The notes under the pieces were generated by a model. The model did no database searches. It saw only the letters and a list, made by a program, of their open reading frames with translations, and was not told where the DNA came from. A stretch of 64,000 nucleotides of DNA, taken from NCBI GenBank assembly GCA_018825785.1, contig JAHKAY010000020.1, positions 2,111-66,110 on the forward strand, given 5' to 3'. Numbering within the stretch: position 1 is the first letter of the stretch; every line of letters starts with the position of its first letter. This stretch comes from Chloroflexota bacterium (GTDB lineage Bacteria > Chloroflexota > Dehalococcoidia > JACVQG01 > JAHKAY01). Below are positions 1 through 9,463 of this stretch, in pieces. A program made the translations under genes and the position numbers.

Positions 1-623
1 ATCCGGTTAAACTCTTCCAGCCGGTCCTCCAGATGCTTGGCAATTCTCGCTTTATCCTGGACATGAAGCAGAGTAACGCGTTTTGCGCCACCTTCTACGA
101 TTCTCCCCACGTAGGCAAATGCCCGCTCGGATGTATCTGAGAAGTCTGTAGGGTAGAGAATATTATTTAGTAAATCGCTGCACGCCACTTCGCATCGCTT
201 TTCGCTGCCTTCCTCTTTAATCTCGAGACGCACTACCAGCACAGGTGTGACAGCATTGCGGATAATTTTGAAGGCAACGCTGCCCAGCGTAATCTCTTTC
301 ATCAGGCTAGCGCCATGAGACCCGACAATGGTTAAAGATACTCCCTTCTCCTTTGCTATCCTGTTGATTTCCAATTCGGGAATGCCGGGGGCGATTTCAA
401 TTGTGGCCTCAAAACCCTGACTTTCGATCATAGCCTTTTGAGCCAGTAATTTCGGCTCAACCATAGGAGTCAGCAAGCGCGCTAAGTCCTCAATATGCTT
501 GAGCCCGAGAGCATGAATGAGAATAGCCTTCTCTGCTCCCAGTCGGCGCAACCCCTGTAAGCATGAAATCACGCGGTCAGACGCTTCCGATAAATCAGTG
601 GCTACCAAGATTTTGCTGAACAT
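1..623 (-). CDS. Universal stress protein (tandem UspA domains); 3' end runs off the window
   Basis: Hand translation of the minus strand from ATG 621-623 (RBS AGGAGG upstream) gives MFSKILVATDLSEASDRV...SHGASLMKEITLGSVAF..., typical Usp. It is the last gene of the ars operon. Confidence 0.65.
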   Translation of the reverse strand, partial: MFSKILVATDLSEASDRVISCLQGLRRLGAEKAILIHALGLKHIEDLARLLTPMVEPKLLAQKAMIESQGFEATIEIAPGIPELEINRIAKEKGVSLTIVGSHGASLMKEITLGSVAFKIIRNAVTPVLVVRLEIKEEGSEKRCEVACSDLLNNILYPTDFSDTSERAFAYVGRIVEGGAKRVTLLHVQDKARIAKHLEDRLEEFNR

Positions 624-667
624 TTTTCAATCCTCCTTTTTGTTGTTTCAATCCCTTGCATTGTCCT

Positions 668-1780
668 CTAGCTACCCTTGTCTTTCGGGTTCGACGCCAC
701 AGCCATCACAGGCTTCCCGGCAAAATACCTCCTCTGGAAGTAGAGCGACAGGTTCACCAGGCTGATAAGCACCGGCACCTCGACCAGGGGGCCGATAACG
801 GCAGCGAAAGCCTGCCCGGAACCGATGCCAAATACGGCTACCGCTACAGCGATGGCCAGCTCGAAGTTGTTGCTGGCGGCAGTGAAGGCGATACTGGCTG
901 TCCTGGAGTAGTCGGCTCCAATCTTCTTACCCATGTAAAAAGAGACCAGGAACATGACCACAAAGTAGATGAGCAGCGGTACGGCTATCTTCACCACGTC
1001 CAGCGGAATCTGCACGATAAGCTCACCCTTCAGGGAGAACATTACCACTATGGTGAAAAGCAGGGCTGCCAGGGTGATGGGGCTTATCCTGGGGATGAAC
1101 TTGTTTTCATACCAGGCACGCCCCTTTGCTCTGATAAGCAGGAAGCGGGTGAGCATTCCGCCAAAGAACGGGATGCCTAGATAGATAAACACGCTCTGAG
1201 CTATCTGGCCGATAGTGACCTCGACCACCGAGCCCTCTAAACCGAACCAGGTAGGCAGAACCGTTATGAAGACGTAGGCGTAGATGGAGTAGAAGACTAT
1301 CTGGAAAATAGAGTTCAATGCTACCAGTCCGGCGGCATACTCGGTATCTCCCTTTGCCAGCTGATTCCAGACGATAACCATGGCAATACAGCGGGCCAAG
1401 CCTATCATAATCAAGCCTACCATATACTCAGGATACGGCCAGATGAAGCCGAGAAAAAGGATGGCAACGAGGAACATGATTATTGGTCCAATGACATAGT
1501 TCTGGAATAAGGATAGCCCCAGCACCCGCCAATCGCGGAAGACTTTTCCCAGCTCTTCGTATTTCACTTTGGCCAACGGCGGGTACATCATCAGAATGAG
1601 GCCCACGGCTATAGGGATTGAAGTGGTGCCGACAGAGAGCCGGGTGACAGCTTGGCCCACTTGCGGAAGGAAGTAGCCCAGCCCCACCCCGAGGCCCATC
1701 CCCAGGAATATCCAGAGGGTAAGAAAACGATCCAGAATTGATAGCCGGCGGATTACGCTCCCCGGCTCTGCGTTGCTCAT
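668..1780 (-). CDS. acr3: ACR3-family arsenite efflux transporter
   Basis: 370-aa multi-TM ORF with the ACR3/ArsB-type fold. Tightly packed inside the ars operon. Confidence 0.85.
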   Translation of the reverse strand: MSNAEPGSVIRRLSILDRFLTLWIFLGMGLGVGLGYFLPQVGQAVTRLSVGTTSIPIAVGLILMMYPPLAKVKYEELGKVFRDWRVLGLSLFQNYVIGPIIMFLVAILFLGFIWPYPEYMVGLIMIGLARCIAMVIVWNQLAKGDTEYAAGLVALNSIFQIVFYSIYAYVFITVLPTWFGLEGSVVEVTIGQIAQSVFIYLGIPFFGGMLTRFLLIRAKGRAWYENKFIPRISPITLAALLFTIVVMFSLKGELIVQIPLDVVKIAVPLLIYFVVMFLVSFYMGKKIGADYSRTASIAFTAASNNFELAIAVAVAVFGIGSGQAFAAVIGPLVEVPVLISLVNLSLYFQRRYFAGKPVMAVASNPKDKGS

Positions 1781-1824
1781 AGTTTACTCCTACATCCCTT
1801 CGGCCAATTCAGGCATCAACGGCA

Positions 1825-2658
1825 TCATTCCAGAAGCCTGGCTAGAGCTTCACGGTCTTCAGAAAATTCAGGTTGTGAAAGCGGAAGACACTCCTCCAGG
1901 CTCTTCTTCCCCTGGTTGAGGGAAAAGGCAAAGGCGAAGCAGGTGGGCAGGCCACATTTCTTGCAGTTTGTCCTCGGCAGAAGCTTATACAGGGAGAGAG
2001 CCCCAACTTTGGATCTCTCCGCTCTGCCGAGAAGACCCCCGGGCTCGGTGACTCGCCACACCATCTTGTGACATATCGGCGGCTCTGGGTATGCCCCAAG
2101 GTCATAAAGCGAGTAATTCATGAACTCCACTGGCTCTTCCTGGTAGCAGCTCCGGACCGCTCTCTCTACGATTTCGGGACTCAATCCGGGGACCTCCAGG
2201 TCTCTTTCTCCCGGTTTGCACAGCAGGTTGACAACGGCAATGACCTGCTTGCTGAATCTCTCGATCATCTCGGGGGGCAGATTGTACAGATAAGGGGTGG
2301 GAGCCTTCGTTCCTATTATCTGCCTGTTCTCGTCAACCCCGTTTTGCTTCAGTGCCAGGAGGGACTCCCCCGGCAAATGGCCCACCGATTCCCTCCCGCA
2401 GAGTACGATGTAGCGGATATTCGGATTGGCCACGATATTGCAGATCATCTTCTCCATGCCAACGTTTTCGGTCTGGAGCGTCCCGGCAAGGGCCGCACCC
2501 GAATCCATCCCCGCCACTACCAGCTCGGTCAGCTCCATCGGAATTTTAAAGTCGAAGGTGTCCAGGATGACGCACACGGCCACCGGTGAGAAGTCGTTGC
2601 CCCTGGCATAGCGCCCCTGCTCTGGAGGGTACCCGTCTGCCGGTTTCACCTTCAGCAT
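1825..2658 (-). CDS. MtrA-like (tetrahydromethanopterin S-methyltransferase subunit A-like) cobamide-binding protein with C-terminal Cys motif
   Basis: Strong similarity (from memory) to the methanogen MtrA core: ...TENVGMEKMICNIVANPNIRYIVLCGRESVGHLPGESLLALKQNGVDENR...FSKQVIAVVNLL, including the His ligand region. C-terminus has KKCGLPTC instead of a TM helix. Confidence 0.7.
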   Translation of the reverse strand: MLKVKPADGYPPEQGRYARGNDFSPVAVCVILDTFDFKIPMELTELVVAGMDSGAALAGTLQTENVGMEKMICNIVANPNIRYIVLCGRESVGHLPGESLLALKQNGVDENRQIIGTKAPTPYLYNLPPEMIERFSKQVIAVVNLLCKPGERDLEVPGLSPEIVERAVRSCYQEEPVEFMNYSLYDLGAYPEPPICHKMVWRVTEPGGLLGRAERSKVGALSLYKLLPRTNCKKCGLPTCFAFAFSLNQGKKSLEECLPLSQPEFSEDREALARLLE

Positions 2659-2796
2659 TACGTTTGACCCCTGCTCAGCAGTGCCTTGTACACCGCTTTC
2701 TCTCTCACCCTTGGGATTGCTCTCTCGTTCAACTTCCGCAGCGAAGTCACGACAGCCTCAAGGTCTTTGACGGGAAACCCGAGCACACACTCGCTT

Positions 2797-3402
2797 TCAT
2801 CCAGGTTTGTCGCCTCGCGACATCCGTAGCAGCCCCGGGGAGGTGTTGACCTTCTTGGTCAGAAACGGCATGATGGTTACATCAACGCAGGTGGCCTGCA
2901 GGATACCCGTGCTGAACTCAAGCCTTCCCCCGGTTTCGAAGACCAGGGCCAGGGCTACCCACATGAGGTGCTCAGGGGCGGACTCCAGGACCACTACATC
3001 GGGCTCGAAGGGTGCTTCGGCCAGCGGACAGCAGGCTACCATCTTGTATTTGCCCATCTCAAGGCGAGGCATGGTGTCCAGGGTGTGCCTCGCAGCCGCC
3101 GGGCTTCCAAATATGCCCATACCGGCGGGCATCTCTCCTGACAAGAGCTTGGCCGGCGGCTCTTTGAAGCCCAGGGCCCAGGCCGCCGCCGGGCACGAGG
3201 TATTATCCGCAGTGAGGAGAAACCTCTTGCCCTCCCTGGCACCCATCAGAACCTGGCAATAGCGTCGCTCACTGGGGAGTTCAAAACCTGGCAAGCTGAT
3301 TCGCTCGTCAATGAACTTCACCGCTATCGGCTCGGAGGGCAGGCCCAAGAAGTTCTTCATGATAGTCGCCTGTTCCTGCCACTCCGTCATTCTTGCTTCC
3401 AC
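2797..3402 (-). CDS. DUF169-family protein
   Basis: 201-aa ORF whose length and composition match DUF169 proteins. The stop overlaps the arsC start. Confidence 0.55.
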   Translation of the reverse strand: MEARMTEWQEQATIMKNFLGLPSEPIAVKFIDERISLPGFELPSERRYCQVLMGAREGKRFLLTADNTSCPAAAWALGFKEPPAKLLSGEMPAGMGIFGSPAAARHTLDTMPRLEMGKYKMVACCPLAEAPFEPDVVVLESAPEHLMWVALALVFETGGRLEFSTGILQATCVDVTIMPFLTKKVNTSPGLLRMSRGDKPG

Positions 3403-3798
3403 CTAATGCACCGCCTCGCCCAGCATCCTCACAACCCTGGCCTTGATCTCATCCCTTATTCCCCTGACCTCCTCAATAGTTTTGCCTTTGGGGTCCTCCA
3501 ACTCCCAGTCCTCGGTTTCGACCCAGGTGGCTGGGCACAACGCCTCCACCCCACAGCCCATGGTCACCATCTTGTCCGCCTGGCCAACCATCTCCGGGGT
3601 GAGGGCCCTCGGCTTTTTGGCGGATAGGTCTATGCCTACCTCCTGCATCACCTTGACGACCGCAGGGTCAACGGCTTCATCGGGATCGGTGCCTGCCGAA
3701 AGCGCCATCGCTTTGCCCTGGGCGAGCCGATTGAAGAACGCTTCGGCCATCTGACTGCGGCCGGAGTTGTGGACACAGACGAAGAGCACTGTTTTCAA
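3403..3798 (-). CDS. arsC: Arsenate reductase, LMW-PTP (thioredoxin-coupled) type
   Basis: CVHNSGRSQMAEA P-loop (CX5R). A TTG start at 3796-3798 is preferred, with RBS GGAGGT, immediately after the upstream stop. Confidence 0.8.
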   Translation of the reverse strand: MKTVLFVCVHNSGRSQMAEAFFNRLAQGKAMALSAGTDPDEAVDPAVVKVMQEVGIDLSAKKPRALTPEMVGQADKMVTMGCGVEALCPATWVETEDWELEDPKGKTIEEVRGIRDEIKARVVRMLGEAVH

Positions 3799-4346
3799 CG
3801 CTGAACCTCCATCTTCTTGCTGCCGTCGAGGACTTCGAAATGCCTCCCCTTCAGACAACGTTCCATCAGGTAGCCGATGCCGATGAAAAGGGGCAAGGAC
3901 ACCAGAGTGCGGGCCAATGAGAACCTGACGCCCAGGTAGCCTATCTCTATGCCCAGCATGGGAATTTTCATTGACGAAAATGCACCTAGGTAAATGAAGA
4001 TATTCCGTATGCTCGCGCCTTTTCTATAGAGTAGAAAGGCTACCGGAAAAGCTCCATATAACGGCCCTGCCTGGAGCATGGCAAGCAGCACCACGAGCAT
4101 CATACCTTTGATTCCCGATTTCTGCCCAATATGCTTCTGAATCTTCTCTTTGGGCACCCAGACATCAAACAAGCCGACGATGACAAACAGAAACGGCACA
4201 AAGGTGATCATCTCGACGAAAGACTGTGTGAAATTGGTGAAGACGGCTCTGCCGGGATTGAATCCCAGGATAAGAGACAATATGGTTAGGATGACGTAAG
4301 CCGTAACCCATATGTAATTGCGGTGCTCTTTGAGAAATCCCTTCAT
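3795..4346 (-). CDS. COG0701-type permease, C-terminal half (split gene)
   Basis: 183-aa polytopic membrane ORF that overlaps the stop of the N-half ORF. Together the two halves make about 340 aa. Confidence 0.5.
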   Translation of the reverse strand: MKGFLKEHRNYIWVTAYVILTILSLILGFNPGRAVFTNFTQSFVEMITFVPFLFVIVGLFDVWVPKEKIQKHIGQKSGIKGMMLVVLLAMLQAGPLYGAFPVAFLLYRKGASIRNIFIYLGAFSSMKIPMLGIEIGYLGVRFSLARTLVSLPLFIGIGYLMERCLKGRHFEVLDGSKKMEVQR

Positions 4347-4825
4347 AATACTAGCCCCACGAGCAACCCGGTAATCACTGCAGCCACGAAATTCAGGGCA
4401 TTTCGAGCGATAGCCACTCTTTTTCCAAAGTACCTAATCTCCAACGGTAGCGTGACCACTCCCACCATCATCAAGGTGGTCATGAATGTGGCAACCACTG
4501 CGTAGGAAGCCCCCTGTTGAATAAGCCCGGCAGCGATGGGATAGGAAATAAACCCGGGAATCAGGGTGATGGAACCGACCAGCGCCGCTATAGAGAAGCC
4601 CAACACCCCAGAATTGGCGCCGAGGTAATGGCTGATAACACTGGGAGGAACGAAATATAGCACCACACTGATTAGAATCAGGATATTCAGAAAAGGGAGC
4701 AGAACGTTCCTGAACATCCTCCATCCCCTCTTGACCCCCTCCAGGGTCTTCTTCCGGTCAAGGGCAATAGATACCATCGATAGCACGGCGCACAGCGTTA
4801 TGAAAGTAATGGCGTTACTACTCAA
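4343..4825 (-). CDS. COG0701-type permease, N-terminal half (split gene)
   Basis: 160-aa polytopic membrane ORF, translationally coupled to the C-half. Confidence 0.5.
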   Translation of the reverse strand: MSSNAITFITLCAVLSMVSIALDRKKTLEGVKRGWRMFRNVLLPFLNILILISVVLYFVPPSVISHYLGANSGVLGFSIAALVGSITLIPGFISYPIAAGLIQQGASYAVVATFMTTLMMVGVVTLPLEIRYFGKRVAIARNALNFVAAVITGLLVGLVL

Positions 4826-5271
4826 ACTGGCTCCTGTGTCCCTTGAATGGGTCTGGCCAGCGATTCCCTGGTGCGCCGGGCAATAAGGTCAATCTCCTCT
4901 GGGGCTAGCTTGAACTGGTGATTCTTGGCAACTCCCTCCTCGGTGACACAAATCCAGTCGGTTGCTTTCAGCCCAGCATGTTCAATTGCTTTCCTGTCGC
5001 AGGCCACCTGGCAGCCGTCCAGGGCCACAATTCTCTTGGCTCCTCTGGCCGACTCCACCATGCCGTCGATATGTGCAGCAATGCCAGCTAGGCAGTAGAT
5101 ATGGCCCACTCCTTCCTCATCCAACCTGATAGCCACCTGGTTGGTGATCTGCCCGCAGTTGGAGCCTCCGGAGCAGGGCAAAAAGGTAGTCTCCTCCGCA
5201 CTGCATTCGCATGTAAGAGCACCGTCTGCTTGAGGCTCACTCTCCACCATCGCGCATCCTCCCATTGTCAA
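4822..5271 (-). CDS. DGC-domain (putative Zn/Fe-chelating) protein
   Basis: RIVALDGCQVAC motif plus a Cys-rich N-terminus. Confidence 0.55.
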   Translation of the reverse strand: MTMGGCAMVESEPQADGALTCECSAEETTFLPCSGGSNCGQITNQVAIRLDEEGVGHIYCLAGIAAHIDGMVESARGAKRIVALDGCQVACDRKAIEHAGLKATDWICVTEEGVAKNHQFKLAPEEIDLIARRTRESLARPIQGTQEPV

Positions 5272-5296
5272 TTAGCGTCATGGTAAATGGACTTCT

Positions 5297-5734
5297 TCAC
5301 TCCTCCAATACGGTCTTTACGATCAGCTCTTTAGCCTTCTTAACCTCATCGTCAGAGATATAATCCATCACACCCTTGATCTCTTTGCCGATGTCCTCAC
5401 TGAGAGATTTCTTTTTCATGCCTATATCACGGGTAAGCACAATGCTGACTGGCTTGAATCCGGCCTGTTCCAGTATCTTGCGACTGCACTCAAAAGGACA
5501 GCCATCCACTGTGACAACCTTCTTTGCCGCTGTGGTCTTGCCCAAGACCGGCTTCACGTTGGTCGGTAATCCCCCCAGGCACATGATAGCCGCTTTTTCC
5601 AGTCCCAGTTCTTTCACGGCTTCCAGACAGGCAAGCGCGCTCGTGATGCCAGTGTTGGATGCCCCGCCGAAACAGGAAAATATCACGTTCTCGTGGGTAT
5701 TTACTCCTGCCCGCCATTGTTGTTCTTCCGCCAT
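5297..5734 (-). CDS. DGC-domain protein (second copy)
   Basis: VVTVDGCPFEC motif. Start reset to the internal ATG at 5732-5734 with RBS GGAGAGG. The longer ORF-track start would overlap the thioredoxin gene. Confidence 0.55.
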   Translation of the reverse strand: MAEEQQWRAGVNTHENVIFSCFGGASNTGITSALACLEAVKELGLEKAAIMCLGGLPTNVKPVLGKTTAAKKVVTVDGCPFECSRKILEQAGFKPVSIVLTRDIGMKKKSLSEDIGKEIKGVMDYISDDEVKKAKELIVKTVLEE

Positions 5735-5769
5735 TTTGACCTCTCCTGTACTCTCGTTATTGGCTTCCC

Positions 5770-6018
5770 CTATTCTTTGGCGAGAGCCGTGGTGATGAAC
5801 GTGATAACCTCTGCCTTGGTAGGCACCCGCCCAGAGCAGACCAGCTGCTCGTTCACGACAAGACCCGGGGTGGTCAGAATGGGATACGCCATTATCTTCT
5901 TGATGTCTTTGACCTCCTCGATGGTGGCCTCTATTCCCAGCTCCTTCACCACTTCTTTGGCCGTCTGTTCTATCTGATGGCACCTGGCACAACCGGGTCC
6001 GAGCACCTTGATCACCAT
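5770..6018 (-). CDS. Thioredoxin-family redox-active disulfide protein
   Basis: 82 aa with a GPGCARC active-site motif. RBS AGGAGG upstream. Confidence 0.7.
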   Translation of the reverse strand: MVIKVLGPGCARCHQIEQTAKEVVKELGIEATIEEVKDIKKIMAYPILTTPGLVVNEQLVCSGRVPTKAEVITFITTALAKE

Positions 6019-6065
6019 TCCCTTGCCTCCTTTCGCCTACTCCAAAGTCGTTCTAGGTTCAGATG

Positions 6066-7121
6066 CTAACCGGCGACAAAGCCATATATCAATCCTGCGG
6101 CAGTACAGCAGACGATGATTAAGCCTACATACCAGAAGAGTCTTCTGTTGCCAATCATCTGCCGGACGACCAGTAAGCTGGGCACGGACACAACCGGGTC
6201 GGCCAGCAGGTAGGCCAGCAGCGGCCCCCTACCCACGCCCACATCGAGGAAGAGCCGTGCCATTGGTACTTCTACCAGGGTTGGGAAGTATGCCACCACC
6301 CCAAACAGCACTGCCGCCAGCGTCGCAGGCAAAGAGGCGCTTCCGAAATGCTGCTGAACGAACTCGGCCGGTATCACCACTCTGAGCATTCCGGCCACAA
6401 AGACACCGATAAGGAGCAGGGGGACAATGGTGCGGACAAAGAACCAGGTCTCTCTCATCCAGCTCCTAGTGTCGCTCCAGGTCAATCCGCGCCTGACCAC
6501 GAACACAAGAGCGGCGAGGAGCGGCGCAAGCCCGGCCAGTTTCACCGGAACACGTAGCAAAGGCGAAGCCCCCCAGAGCAAGATAGCCAGAAGGAGGCTG
6601 AAGAATAGCCAGAGCCATCTGGAGCTGCTGCGGTTCCCCGCCGCAGAGAACGCCCGTTGAGTTGCAGCATTAGGCGCGTCGCTAGATTTGTCAGGGAAAA
6701 AGGCGGTCATAGTGGCCCCGATGATAATGGCGAACGTAATAGACAGGACGATTCGGGCGAGGGCGATGTCAGGCCCAATCAGTGATGACGTGTAAGTGAT
6801 GGCCAGTATGTTGGTAGCCGGGGCCGTATAGAGAAACGCGATGGCGGGTCCCAGACCAGCCCCGCTCTTTCGTACCCCGGCAAAAAGCGGCAGGACAGTA
6901 CAGGAGCAAACGGCCAGACACAGTCCACCAACGATGGCCATCGGGTAGGCAACATGTTTGGGTGAGTGAGGCCCGAGGTAGCGCAGGACCTTCTCCTTGG
7001 GAAACAGGGCATAGAGCGCGCCCGCTAAGAAGAAGGCAGGCACGACAAAAGGCAAGTGGACGAGTAGATAGTCCTGGAGAGTACCTACACCACCCTGGAA
7101 GAGATCATCAACAATGGACAC
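6066..7121 (-). CDS. arsP: ArsP-like COG0701 permease (putative organoarsenical efflux)
   Basis: 351-aa polytopic ORF carrying a VCSCTV motif that resembles the ArsP TPCSC motif. Sits directly downstream of arsR. Confidence 0.6.
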   Translation of the reverse strand: MSIVDDLFQGGVGTLQDYLLVHLPFVVPAFFLAGALYALFPKEKVLRYLGPHSPKHVAYPMAIVGGLCLAVCSCTVLPLFAGVRKSGAGLGPAIAFLYTAPATNILAITYTSSLIGPDIALARIVLSITFAIIIGATMTAFFPDKSSDAPNAATQRAFSAAGNRSSSRWLWLFFSLLLAILLWGASPLLRVPVKLAGLAPLLAALVFVVRRGLTWSDTRSWMRETWFFVRTIVPLLLIGVFVAGMLRVVIPAEFVQQHFGSASLPATLAAVLFGVVAYFPTLVEVPMARLFLDVGVGRGPLLAYLLADPVVSVPSLLVVRQMIGNRRLFWYVGLIIVCCTAAGLIYGFVAG

Positions 7122-7176
7122 GCCATACCCCTATATGCGCACCAACGCAGACAGCCTGCGCAAAAAAAGAGAGGCG

Positions 7177-7536
7177 TTACCTTGCCATCTGTCGGACACA
7201 ACCAGGCCCAACGCGCTCAACCATCTTAAGGCGCTCCCTATCCAGGGTCACCACCTCGTTCCCTTCCAGCGCCTTCCTCACCGCCTCCACCAAGTCGGAG
7301 AAGTGCTCTTTCATTCCCTCCCGATCTATTGAGTACAGCGACCACAGGCCATCCTTCCTCAGCTTCAAGAGGCCAGCGTCATACAAAGCACTAAGGTTCC
7401 TGGAAGCCCTCGTCTGCGAGATGTCCAGAGCCTGCATAACTTCACAGACGCAACATTCTCTCTCTAGGAGCAGGTTTAGTATCCTGAGCCTGGTCTCATC
7501 CGAGAGGGCCTTGAAGGCTTTCACCAGCTCACGCAT
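7177..7536 (-). CDS. arsR: ArsR/SmtB-family metalloregulator
   Basis: HTH core with an ECCVCEV metalloid-binding motif. First gene of the operon. Confidence 0.85.
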   Translation of the reverse strand: MRELVKAFKALSDETRLRILNLLLERECCVCEVMQALDISQTRASRNLSALYDAGLLKLRKDGLWSLYSIDREGMKEHFSDLVEAVRKALEGNEVVTLDRERLKMVERVGPGCVRQMAR

Positions 7537-7700
7537 CGACGCCTTGTTCCTCTATATGCGCATCCACACCTATAGCTTACCATGCTCGAGGAGTTCAGTC
7601 AACCGTTAAGCCTAAGAGGCCTGCGCAGCCGAAGTGTGCGGAGCATGCCGCAAGTCACATATTGCACATGACGCAGCCCATTGACGAAAGCGAGAATTGT
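7537..7700 (-). promoter_or_regulatory. arsR promoter/operator region containing a CTATATGCGCA motif, repeated at 7127-7137
   Basis: The motif ctatatgcgca (with internal palindrome ATGCGCAT) is seen at 7541-7553 upstream of arsR and again at 7127-7137 upstream of the permease. Confidence 0.3.
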
Positions 7701-7734
7701 GCTCAGAGGCTTCAACAGAATGAGTTCTTGTCCC

Positions 7735-8565
7735 CTAACCTGGCTTGGTGGCGGAAACCTTCATGCTCAGGACTGAGTCTGCAACCTCCCCCAAAGTTTC
7801 TGGCGATACTTTCAGATTAGTGGCGATTCCCTGAGCAAGCGGTTCGCTGACTATGTGGTTGAAGGAGAACAAAGCCTCATCAATAATCGCGACGTCGCGG
7901 AAGCCTGCGGCTCTCATGGCTTCCAGGTATTCATCCTTGATTGCTGCTCCGGCAATACAGCCAACATATGCTTCAATCGAATGCAAGAGGGGTTTGGGGA
8001 GCGGCTTTAGTAGAACTATGTCCGAGACTAGGAGCCTCCCGCCTGGTCTTAGCACGCGAAATGCTTCCGAAAAAACCTTCGGTTTGTCAGGCGAAAGATT
8101 AATGACGCAGTTGGAGACGACTACATCGACGGAACTATCATGGACTGGCAGGTCTTCAATATCCCCTTGCCTAAACTCCACATTGCCGAAATTACCTTCT
8201 TGGGCATTCTGTTGTGCCTTTTCCACCATCTCTGGGGTCATATCCACGCCGATGACCCTGCCGCTCTTCCCAACCTTCTTTGCAGCAAGAAAACAGTCAA
8301 AGCCTGCCCCTGAACCAAGATCGAGAACGATGTCACCCTTCCTTAAGGAGGCGATGGCCACAGGATTACCACATCCCAGACCCAGATTTGCTCCTTCAGG
8401 AACCGCTTCAAGCTCTTCGTCGGAATAGCCTATCCTCTTGCTCACTGCCTTTGCTGGACTGGGACCGCAAGAACACGGGCTGCCAGAACTGCAGCAGGAA
8501 CCACCCTGTCTTGCGATTCTGCCATAACCTTCCCTCACAATTCTCTTTTTATCTGCCTTTTCCAT
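7735..8565 (-). CDS. arsM: Arsenite S-adenosylmethionine methyltransferase
   Basis: [15 protein letters not shown] motif I. Conserved Cys context is present (Cys-rich N-terminus, SNCV, GCIAGA). Confidence 0.85.
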   Translation of the reverse strand: MEKADKKRIVREGYGRIARQGGSCCSSGSPCSCGPSPAKAVSKRIGYSDEELEAVPEGANLGLGCGNPVAIASLRKGDIVLDLGSGAGFDCFLAAKKVGKSGRVIGVDMTPEMVEKAQQNAQEGNFGNVEFRQGDIEDLPVHDSSVDVVVSNCVINLSPDKPKVFSEAFRVLRPGGRLLVSDIVLLKPLPKPLLHSIEAYVGCIAGAAIKDEYLEAMRAAGFRDVAIIDEALFSFNHIVSEPLAQGIATNLKVSPETLGEVADSVLSMKVSATKPG

Positions 8566-8585
8566 TTCAACACTCCTTTCCTATC

Positions 8586-8864
8586 CTATCCTAGTATTTC
8601 TTTCGTCATCGGCCCGAGCATGCTCTTCACCATGTCGGTGACCTCTTCTACCTTGATTAGAGAAATGCAGCACACACGCCCCTCCCTTTCAAAGGTGACC
8701 AGGGCTAGCTTATCACCGGCACCAATGTTTGCCTTCTGCCTTGTTTCTTTCGGGAGAACCATCTGACCGCGCTCATCAATGCTCACCAGGGCCTCAACCC
8801 GGCAGCAGCCAATTCCTGCTTTCTTTGGTGAGTAGGAGCACCTGTTCCTGTTGGCCCGCCTCAT
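8586..8864 (-). CDS. AbrB/SpoVT-fold DNA-binding protein with vicinal Cys pairs
   Basis: Start reset to ATG 8862-8864 (RBS AGGAGGGG). VSIDERGQMVLPKETRQKANIGAGDKL looks like a swapped-hairpin AbrB motif. GCC and VCC pairs are present. Confidence 0.5.
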   Translation of the reverse strand: MRRANRNRCSYSPKKAGIGCCRVEALVSIDERGQMVLPKETRQKANIGAGDKLALVTFEREGRVCCISLIKVEEVTDMVKSMLGPMTKEILG

Positions 8865-9007
8865 ATTTGTCCCCTCCTGCCATAAAACAGAGAATTCTGA
8901 ATAATCAGACTGCGCTGAATTATAGGCCATGAGACAGGGAATTGTCAAGTAATTGGCGAAACAGAATTGAGGATCGTTAGGTGATTCACCGCGCCTCCAA
9001 AGGCACG

Positions 9008-9320
9008 CTAGAAGGACTTCAGCAGCAGACGTACCACCCAGCTCTTCAGATACCCTATCTCCTTGAGCAACCAAGCAGGGGCGGGGTCTCGGCTCACCCC
9101 TCCCGGCCCCTTCCTGAAGTAGTACTGGACCCCCAGGGTCCCCCGGAGGCCGAGGAGGGTCAGGATTCTGTCCCGGAGCCCGGGCTCCTTGACGGCCAGG
9201 AAGAAGAGCATAGCTCCAACAAGCCCCAGAAGAACCAGGGCCAGTGGGTTCTGGCCTCCGCAGCGTTGGCTTTGTCCTTGGCGTTCTGGGACACCTCAGC
9301 TCCTTTCTGTCGGTAGATTA
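9008..9320 (-). pseudogene. Small membrane-protein gene, apparently frameshifted (two reading frames)
   Basis: GTG with RBS GAAAGGAG near 9300 opens a frame that stops after 44 aa. The 67-aa ORF 9008-9211 continues hydrophobic sequence in another frame. Confidence 0.25.
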
Positions 9321-9463
9321 GTCTACTACCTCACCAGGAGCTCACACTACCCCCTGAACTGTTCGGTGTTACTGCCCTGCTTTGTGTCCCATTATCGCTG
9401 ACGGTCTACAGATACTAGTTCAACGTATGCACAACCACGCGCTTGCCGAAATAGAAAAGGGCT

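Noticed and set aside
5297-5992. 231-aa ORF-track product for the second DGC gene, and the 349-aa ORF for cobC (54927-55976)
   Set aside because: The long N-terminal extensions are G/R/P-rich antisense translations overlapping neighbouring genes (thioredoxin, cobS). Internal ATG starts with proper RBS or ATGA coupling were used instead.
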